From Raphidiopsis brookii D9 (GTDB taxonomy: Bacteria; Cyanobacteriota; Cyanobacteriia; Cyanobacteriales; Nostocaceae): 32,000 nucleotides of DNA. The DNA lies in the NCBI GenBank assembly GCA_000175855.1, contig ACYB01000019.1, positions 54,084 to 86,083 on the forward strand, in the 5' to 3' direction. Positions 20,678-28,407 of the stretch are shown piece by piece (position 1 is the first letter of the stretch; every line of letters begins with the position of its first letter). The translations under genes were made by a program, and so were the position numbers. The notes beneath the pieces were generated by a model. The model was not told where the DNA came from. It did not search any database and worked only from the letters and a program-made list of their open reading frames with translations.

Positions 20678-23098
20678 TTAACCACTAAGAAGACCTATTA
20701 TTCTATCCTCTGTAGAACATCCTTCAATCAGTTCCCGAAAATAGTCATTTAATGACCTCTCACGGCTGATTGTTTGCAGAATAATTCTATCATTTTGAAA
20801 ATGATTAATTACTGCTTGCGCCAATGCAATTTCCTGGGAACCAGTTTGACAGAAGTTATTATTGTAAGCACGAAAAGTCAAGAGATAAATTAGGGATAAA
20901 AAAGCATTCTGCTTATATTGAGGATCCAAGTCTTGATAATTTCTACTGAGTAAATAATTAAGAATTTTTATAAAGTGTTCCTGATAATTTAGAGAGATTG
21001 AAGCAACATTAAAATCAAAATTATAGTACCAAAGTAAAATTCTGCCATATCCCCATAGATATTTTTCCAGATTATACATGGAATCAAATAACATGAAATA
21101 CCTATCCTGCAATTCTTGACTTACTGCAATTCTAGAGAAACACTGTAGATACTCATTTGATAAACCGTTATCATACCTGGTATAAAGACATCTTAATTGG
21201 GATAGAGAAAATAATCGATCTAATAGCAGATTCTGCGAACATATATATTGGGAGAATCGATACAATTTGCCAGTGAAAATTATTAAACTAAGCAGTAAAC
21301 CTCTTTCATAAGAATTTAGTCTTCTTCTATGGCGATCGCATGCAGAAAACACTTTAGATATTAAATTAATCATTCTATGGAGTTGAGCATTTTCCAACTG
21401 TTGGGCCAACAGAGTAACATTGGGATCATGGGATGAGATATCTACAAACTGTAGTAAATCAGGTTGTTGACTTAGGCATTGATAAGCATTTCTAAAACTA
21501 GCAGTTAACTCCTCATACTGATTCCTAGATTGATCCAGTCCAGTGGCAATTGCATTTAAATAAGTGGGGAAATCTTGAAACCTATGATTAACTGTCAATC
21601 GCCCAATTTGGGATAAAGATCTTTGTTGACGATTTTGATTAATGTTTTCAGGTGGAATATAACTGTAAAATGTACTTTCACTATGTCTATCCACCAAACT
21701 AGTTTGAATAATGTACTGATTATCCAAATCCCTAACGATCAATTTAGGAAAAGATCCTGGTTGTAAACGAAAATTAATCTGAACTAAAATCTCTTGAGGA
21801 TTTTCATTATCTTCATAGTTTTGAATTTCAATTTTATAGTCTTGAGGAATACCATTTATGCAGTAATCACTATCATTTACCCTGATAGGTAATTTGGCAA
21901 TTCTTGTCCCACTGGGAATTCTCATAAAATCCTGATTTCTATTAGGAATACTTCCCACTAATACCGTTTCTCTCCCCTCAAAAGAAATAGCATCTCTTTC
22001 CTCCGATAGTTGAATCCAGACCTCCTGATTATCAATAGCGATAGCAAATTCAATTGTATCCAGATAAATACCAAACAGAGGGAAACCTTGTCTATTTCTA
22101 TCTATCCATAGTTCTGAAAAGTTTTGAATATTGGGTTTAAGCACCATAAACCTAGATAAGTCTTGATCACTTACTTGTGGTCTTAATCTCTCAAAAATAT
22201 TATATTGACCAACTAACACAAACTGATATTGGGAGTACTGATGGGCAATTTGATTGAGTGGAGCAAGATTAATTTGTCGATAAACGACTTCGGCAATGTC
22301 TAATATGCTGACGGTAATTCGTTTATAAAAAATCTCCTGATTATGGTATATTTCAATAATCAAACTGATGGACTTCTCATCAATATGAGATTGAACTATT
22401 TTGAAAAAGTTAATTCTCTGTAAATAATTAGATAAATGGCTAATGGTTTCCAGGTTATTTGACAATTCAGGAAACTGTCTTAAAAAGATTCTTGATATCT
22501 GAGAACATATCTGATTATATATTGCTTGACAATCATAGTTATTACTAAATGGAATTCTATTTCTGGTGTCGAGAATAGGAATTAAATGGGGAGTATTTTC
22601 TTGTCTTTGAAAACTAACAGGAATCAAAGTAGAAGTATCAAAACTGTCCAAATCGACAAATACTAGTGGTTGATAAGATTGACTACGAGCTTGATATTCA
22701 GAAATTTCCCCATAGTGGTTCCAATAATGATAAGCACTAGCATATAAATATCCATCCCTAGATCCAATAATATTACTCATACTCAAAGTCAATAAATCCA
22801 ATGTATCACTGACTATATATAGACGCTCCTTGTCCCCTGTAAATAATTCAATTCCCAGGTGAAGATAATCTGGTTCTTGTGGGTTATCTTGTAGGTGACT
22901 AGTATTAGTAGTTAAATGAGATGGAAGATCATTATTAGCTACTGGTGCAGATAAATAGGGGTAAGCAGAATACCTATCCAAAATCCTAGTTTTATACTCT
23001 TGGCTGGATTGGGGGATTATTGCTTCAGATGTACCTCCAAACTGATGAGCATACTCACAAGCATCAATATAAGATTGCAAATTAAATAACTTAGTCAT
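20678..23098 (-). CDS. 806-aa protein of unknown function; last gene of the putative defence cassette
   Basis: Long intact ORF starting 14 nt downstream of the PLD-like gene, same strand; helical C-terminal half; no family recognised. Confidence 0.85.
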   Translation of the reverse strand: MTKLFNLQSYIDACEYAHQFGGTSEAIIPQSSQEYKTRILDRYSAYPYLSAPVANNDLPSHLTTNTSHLQDNPQEPDYLHLGIELFTGDKERLYIVSDTLDLLTLSMSNIIGSRDGYLYASAYHYWNHYGEISEYQARSQSYQPLVFVDLDSFDTSTLIPVSFQRQENTPHLIPILDTRNRIPFSNNYDCQAIYNQICSQISRIFLRQFPELSNNLETISHLSNYLQRINFFKIVQSHIDEKSISLIIEIYHNQEIFYKRITVSILDIAEVVYRQINLAPLNQIAHQYSQYQFVLVGQYNIFERLRPQVSDQDLSRFMVLKPNIQNFSELWIDRNRQGFPLFGIYLDTIEFAIAIDNQEVWIQLSEERDAISFEGRETVLVGSIPNRNQDFMRIPSGTRIAKLPIRVNDSDYCINGIPQDYKIEIQNYEDNENPQEILVQINFRLQPGSFPKLIVRDLDNQYIIQTSLVDRHSESTFYSYIPPENINQNRQQRSLSQIGRLTVNHRFQDFPTYLNAIATGLDQSRNQYEELTASFRNAYQCLSQQPDLLQFVDISSHDPNVTLLAQQLENAQLHRMINLISKVFSACDRHRRRLNSYERGLLLSLIIFTGKLYRFSQYICSQNLLLDRLFSLSQLRCLYTRYDNGLSNEYLQCFSRIAVSQELQDRYFMLFDSMYNLEKYLWGYGRILLWYYNFDFNVASISLNYQEHFIKILNYLLSRNYQDLDPQYKQNAFLSLIYLLTFRAYNNNFCQTGSQEIALAQAVINHFQNDRIILQTISRERSLNDYFRELIEGCSTEDRIIGLLSG

Positions 23099-23112
23099 TG
23101 GTTTTTGTTCCT

Positions 23113-24291
23113 TTATCGTAATAAGTAAAGTTGGTTAATAAGTTGGTTAATTTTATTAACATCAGTGGTTTTATACATTAAATCATATAGGGTCGAATTA
23201 GAGTTAGAATTATAATATGAATTAAAACTAAAATTAATTCCCCCGATATAAGCTACTCGATTGCCTAAGATGGTAATCTTAGCATGGAGATTATCAACAG
23301 CGTGAAAGTTCTCAAGATTAAATCTTTCGATATAAAACCTTCGATTGTTTTCAGATACACTAGAATTAATAAAAACACTGGTATTTGAATTTAGATAAAC
23401 TGCCATTTCCTGTGAAGGTTTGAAATCACGACTGTAAATTCTGACCTCCATATCTCGTGGAAGATTGCGCCAATTTTCGACCACGTCCCTTTGATATTGC
23501 GCTGGAGTTAAAAAGTTTGATTCTACGGAAAATTCAGCGCCATATCTCTTTTGGGGAGAATACATCACAGAACGTAATCTAAAACCGCAACCGTTAGGCT
23601 CAGGAAAGACTTGATATTTGCTCCGGGTGTACCAAAAAGTTTGAAAAAAATTAATCAAATTTTGATGTTCAAAATTATTACTAAAAATTATTCCCGCCTC
23701 CTTATTAAAATCTAAACTTCCTCGTGTGAGATTAGAGGAACCTAAATAAGCGGAGCGATCAGAAATATAGGTTTTTAAATGAAAAGCACCACTCCGAATA
23801 GATACATTACTATTCAACAGCATTTTCAAACAAGATTTTTTCCGTTCATCACTTATTCTATATCTTTCTGGAATGCTAATATGTTCTAATATCTGTTCAT
23901 CAATACGATCTAAAAGCTCATTGTTCAAATCTGTTAAAATCCAGACTCCTTTTGGTAACTCTAATGATTTTTGACAAATTAATTCTGTTAATTCTTCATC
24001 CTCTATAATATAACTAGAGACCAGTAGAAATTCACTAGCTTCCTGAATGATTTTGTAAATAGTATCCCGACTTTTACCATGATTTCTACCATTATGAATT
24101 ACAAATTCAAATTGGGAACCATGGGTAGTATCTGGTTGTAATTCACTGGGTAAGTTTATGGTTGGATATATGTGACGCTCATGTCTTGACCGATATTGTT
24201 CGACTAAATAACTAACATCCTCTGACAAAGTTGATATGTGGTCTTGCTGGGTATTATCTCTTATATGACTATCTTCATTTAAGCGCAGCAA
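23113..24291 (-). CDS. Phospholipase D-like (HKD) protein, two catalytic-type motifs
   Basis: 'HLKTYISDRSAYLGSSNLTRGSLDFNKE' and 'NLHAKITILGNRVAYIGGINFSFNSYYN' resemble HxKx4D..GSxN, the second degenerate (N/G in place of D). Confidence 0.85.
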   Translation of the reverse strand: MLRLNEDSHIRDNTQQDHISTLSEDVSYLVEQYRSRHERHIYPTINLPSELQPDTTHGSQFEFVIHNGRNHGKSRDTIYKIIQEASEFLLVSSYIIEDEELTELICQKSLELPKGVWILTDLNNELLDRIDEQILEHISIPERYRISDERKKSCLKMLLNSNVSIRSGAFHLKTYISDRSAYLGSSNLTRGSLDFNKEAGIIFSNNFEHQNLINFFQTFWYTRSKYQVFPEPNGCGFRLRSVMYSPQKRYGAEFSVESNFLTPAQYQRDVVENWRNLPRDMEVRIYSRDFKPSQEMAVYLNSNTSVFINSSVSENNRRFYIERFNLENFHAVDNLHAKITILGNRVAYIGGINFSFNSYYNSNSNSTLYDLMYKTTDVNKINQLINQLYLLR

Positions 24292-24397
24292 TGTAATAGC
24301 AGATCTTAAGGTTAAAGATAATTCGTCTACAGAAATCCAAATCTTGACTTTTTGATGAGTTTCATTTGATAGATAACAATCCCAATTGATAAAAAAA

Positions 24398-24949
24398 TTA
24401 ACTCAATTCATGAGATTTTAAAGCATAATCTATTTTTTCAATATCAGATAATTTTTGCCAGTATTGCCAACTATTATTCCATATTATCTGTATAAAATCT
24501 AAGTTTAGATCTGGATAGTTAGGTTCTGAAATTGTTATAATGTAACTTCCCATCTGTTCACAAACATCACTTGAAAAAACTGGGAGTTGTGGATCCCTAG
24601 GTGTTAGATTCAGATTTCCCTGTTCACAGATAAAATTATAGGCATATTGATAAATATCCAAGTTATCCAATTGAGATTTTAGGGGTTTTAATAATTTCAG
24701 AGGTGGTACTTGGTAAATATCACTTTCCTTAGTAACACCACGGGAATTCTTGCATAAGTTAATTAGCACCGGTTCCGGAATGAAATCTAACCCAAAAGAC
24801 TGACGTAACAATTGAGGTGTTCTGCGGTGATATCGTGTTCCTATTGCTTGTACCTCATGGATTAAATGGTTTAAAGTCCTGGGTATAACTTCTGTTGCAT
24901 TTAACAGTGACCTTGCAAATTTTCCCGATAGTTCAATTTGAATTTTCAT
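24398..24949 (-). CDS. Hypothetical 183-aa protein in the cassette
   Basis: Intact ORF on the cassette strand; not a recognised family. Confidence 0.65.
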   Translation of the reverse strand: MKIQIELSGKFARSLLNATEVIPRTLNHLIHEVQAIGTRYHRRTPQLLRQSFGLDFIPEPVLINLCKNSRGVTKESDIYQVPPLKLLKPLKSQLDNLDIYQYAYNFICEQGNLNLTPRDPQLPVFSSDVCEQMGSYIITISEPNYPDLNLDFIQIIWNNSWQYWQKLSDIEKIDYALKSHELS

Positions 24950-25073
24950 ATTTTCAAGTTGGTTTTTTAAGTTGGTCTTGTGAGTTACTTATAGACTATT
25001 GAAATTAGTTGTCGATTAAGCATATGGGTCACAAACTGGAATCTAGATATAATAACATAAATGAGATCATAAC

Positions 25074-26787
25074 CTAAATAACAACTTGAGTTTCTATAGA
25101 TAAAGAGGATTGATATAATAGTGATCTGATGGGAGAACGAGATTCCTGCCATAAAACATGATCACCAACTAAAAATAGCTGATCTTTTGCTCTTGTCAGT
25201 GCTATGTTAATATCTTCCAAGGCAATATTGTTAGGACCACCAGAACAAGCAGTCATACAATTCACAATGATAATTCTTCTTTCCGCACCACTCCATTCTT
25301 TGGCTGTACCAATAAATATGGGACTAAATTGAGGATGGTTTGCAGTTAAAACCTCCCTGAGATTATCTCTCTGTGTTTCAGAAAATGTAATGATGCCAAT
25401 TTCCGAGATAATTTCTGAACTCAGAGTCTGAGTCAAGTTTTCTACGAGTTCGTAAATTTTCTCTCCGACTGATTGACTTACCGTCAACCTTTCAGACATA
25501 TTTTTCCAAGTTACTCCCCTGGCAATTTGACTCAGATTAGAAACATTATAATCAATATTGGGGTAATGAGTATATACCCAATGATCACAAATAACAGGAT
25601 AAACTGTCTCAGCTATTTTTGGATGTAGTCTAAACTGTTCTCGCAATTTGTAAACATAAGCTGGAGACAAGTTTTCTTGCAACCATTGAAAACAGTTAAA
25701 AAACTTACCGGAAAAAAGAATTTCTTCTAGAATTATGATTTTCTTGATGTTGTTGTATGTGTGAATAACATGAAAAATATCTTCTGGGGATATCCTCACC
25801 AAATAACACCAGTTTTTGACACAATCCTGATAAAAAGATTAATTCTCTCCAATTCAGAAGATTCGCTTCCTCCACTATGATCAAATCAAAATCACTATCC
25901 CATAAAGGTTTATTTTCCAGTTGCATAAAGTCAGAAACAGTTCCCATAATAGTCACCTGCGGATTTGCCACAAGTTGATTGGCAAGTTCTTCAATTTCTA
26001 CTTCCGAAAGATTGTTATAAATTTGCATCAATCTTAACTGCTCTTGAAGAAAAGGTAATAATTGCTGGAGACGATGGGCCAATAATTGTAACCGGGGCTC
26101 TGCTAGATGGGCAAATTCTGTAAATTCGGATCGTAATATTTCCATTATTTGCTCATTTGTTTTATCTACAATTTCTGGCAATAATGTCTCTAATATAGCT
26201 GGTGTTCTCAACTTGGCTAATTCTCCGTCTGGTAATAAATATAATGGCAAATAGTCCATTCTTGTTCGCGCCAAATTATGCAGGATATGATCCCGTAACT
26301 GATTTACCATCCGTTGAGAATAATTTTCTTGTTGAGACAATAAAAATGGATAAGTTGTGAGATTGTAATAGGGGTTTAAAGATGCCAAATTATGAGCTAA
26401 AATCAAAACCTTATAGGAACAGTCTATAGCAGCTTGGACAAGATTTTTGGCAATAGCAGTTTTTCCCGTTGCTGCTGTTCCAGAAATCAGAGTAATAGGG
26501 CTATTGGAAAGGGCCATTTCTAGCGCTATTTGTTGACTTGCACTGAGAAAGGTTTTATATTTAATGGAAGGAAAGTTTAAAGATGCTCTCTTCTGTGAAT
26601 AATATCCTTGGTTACATAGTGTTTCGATGATTAAATTTGTGGGTAATGATGGAGAGTTATAAATATAGTTATAAATTTCGACCAGTTTTTCCGATTGTGC
26701 TTGGCTAATTGGTGAAATTTCATCTGATTCATATATTAAATTTTGTAATTGCTGTCGTAAGTTTTGTCTAGTAATTCTATTAGTCAT
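25074..26787 (-). CDS. Divergent SF1 (Upf1/Dna2-like) helicase, split into two overlapping ORFs (frameshift within 25705-25802)
   Basis: N-part: motif I GTAATGKTA, Ia 'VLILAHN', II 'LIIVEEAN', III 'LVLFGED'. C-part: 'LREQFRLHPKIAE', 'IGTAKEWSGAERRIIIVNC', 'INIALTRAKDQLFLVGD'. Both are needed for a complete helicase. Confidence 0.87.
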
Positions 26788-27382
26788 AATGTAAATCCTC
26801 CAACTACTTCAATTAAGGTATTAAAAATTATTTCCACTGTTTGAGAAAATCCCTGTTCTGTAAAATTCTCAGGTAACTTTACCAATCTCAAGTTGGGGAA
26901 TAGTTCCTCATAGCTTGGACTATCATCTAGACTATAATTTTGAGTGTGATCTTGTAAATATAAGACTATTGCTCCGGCGAATAAACCATTATTTTCTAAT
27001 TCCTGATTCCTTAAATTATGCAAATAATAATAACCCATTTGATTGATTACATCTCGACTGGGAAGATACCAAAATACCCAGATAGGAAATTGTAACTTAT
27101 TGGAATTTAGCTCCATGGAATCTAGCTGATGAATTTCTAAAGTCAACATCCAATCACCCATTGCTATATTAGACGGTTTTTCTAACCCAAATACACAAAC
27201 CCGGGTTTGTAAAACACCCTAACCTTAATATTTTGATCTGGACTTAGATAACGTCCCTGGTCAGGAATTAACTTGCAGCTCACACCTACGGTTGGATCTA
27301 TATTTACCCCTTGTAATCTTAGCAGACCGACTATCAAATAAATATAGATAGCATCTGCCAACAAATAATTTCTAAACCCCAC
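26784..27382 (-). CDS. C-terminal pieces of the DUF2357/McrC-like partner in two frames (27182-27382 and 26784-27161), or a pseudogenised nuclease domain
   Basis: Frame 1 'FRNYLLADAIYIYLIVGLLRLQGVNIDP...GFVYLG*'; frame 2, open from just after a TAG upstream of 27210, 'GVLQTRVCVFGLEKPSNIAMGDWMLTLE...PSRDVINQMGYYYLHNL...FAGAIVLYLQ', resembling the '..inqm.aY.....gavvLYP' region of McrC-type nucleases. Confidence 0.5.
27195..27210. repeat. Perfect 16-bp palindrome ACAAACCCGGGTTTGT
   Basis: Read directly; sits at the frame break between the two DUF2357 C-terminal pieces. Confidence 0.9.
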
Positions 27383-28407
27383 AAATTCTCTTTTTCATGC
27401 TTTTTTCGTATGTATTCCAAATAAGCTTGATAAAAACTCTTGTATATGGTATTTTGCTGTAAAACATAATTTGGCTTGGTGAATTGATAACCTCTGTTTT
27501 GAATAGTCTTAACTGTTGGCAGTTGTTGAAATAAATCAATTACTAATCTGATTTTGTTAATTTGTGATCTAAACTGATTAGCGTTACTTATTTCATATTG
27601 AACACAATTCAAATGGAAAATTCGGGCAAAATAAACCAGGAATTTATTTTCAGGGGTGTTGAAATCTTGATAGCGTTTAATACCCATAAGTTCTTGTTTT
27701 GAACCTGCTTTTTCTTCAGGAGTTGAGCCAGGTCTGCGAATATAATCACGTAAACAATAACTATCCATCTCCTGAATTTTACCCACAGGAATAAGTTCCG
27801 CTTTTCTTGTAAGTTGATGACGCAATCTAGAACCGATTAATTCTAATTTTTGATGCAGTTGATATTTGTTATCTAAACTAATGACAATTGGCAAATTAGC
27901 GTCTTCTATATTTACAGAGTCTAGTTTTTGGGATAGTCCACTCAGTAAAATATTAGCTTCAGAGTTGATCCTAGTTGTTCCACTAGATATATGTGTAAAC
28001 ATGCCAATAAATAACCGGACTAATTCGGATGCTGTTCTATCCAAACGATTTCCTAATCTGTGTTCCCATTCCGGGATTTCCACTTCTTCTTTAATCGTTT
28101 CTAAGTCTAAAACATCAGTAATAGATAAATTATAGCCTTGTCCGGGAATTGCCAAACTTAACACATATCTTAAACTTGCATGATGGTCATGATCATAGTG
28201 TAAATCAGTTGGTTGTAAGTAAGGAAATCCCACCTCATAAATTCCTTGACTAATGGGAATAAACCAAGATGGTAGGGATAGAAGTTCATCTTCATCTAAT
28301 TCCAGTACAAGAATTGGACGGTGACTAGCTTCCAGGGCGAAAATATCTGATATCAGGGGAGATTGATGTTGATTAAGATAAGCAAACAAACTGGGATATA
28401 TTCTCAT
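27334..28407 (-). CDS. DUF2357/McrC-like protein, N-terminal and central part
   Basis: 'YCLRDYIRRPGSTPEEKAGSKQELMGIKRYQDFNTPENKFLVYFARIFHLNC' is the characteristic '..NTPEN..' block of DUF2357/McrC-type partners; start overlaps the AAA+ gene stop by 1 nt (TAATG). Confidence 0.82.
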   Translation of the reverse strand: MRIYPSLFAYLNQHQSPLISDIFALEASHRPILVLELDEDELLSLPSWFIPISQGIYEVGFPYLQPTDLHYDHDHHASLRYVLSLAIPGQGYNLSITDVLDLETIKEEVEIPEWEHRLGNRLDRTASELVRLFIGMFTHISSGTTRINSEANILLSGLSQKLDSVNIEDANLPIVISLDNKYQLHQKLELIGSRLRHQLTRKAELIPVGKIQEMDSYCLRDYIRRPGSTPEEKAGSKQELMGIKRYQDFNTPENKFLVYFARIFHLNCVQYEISNANQFRSQINKIRLVIDLFQQLPTVKTIQNRGYQFTKPNYVLQQNTIYKSFYQAYLEYIRKKHEKENLWGLEIICWQMLSIFI

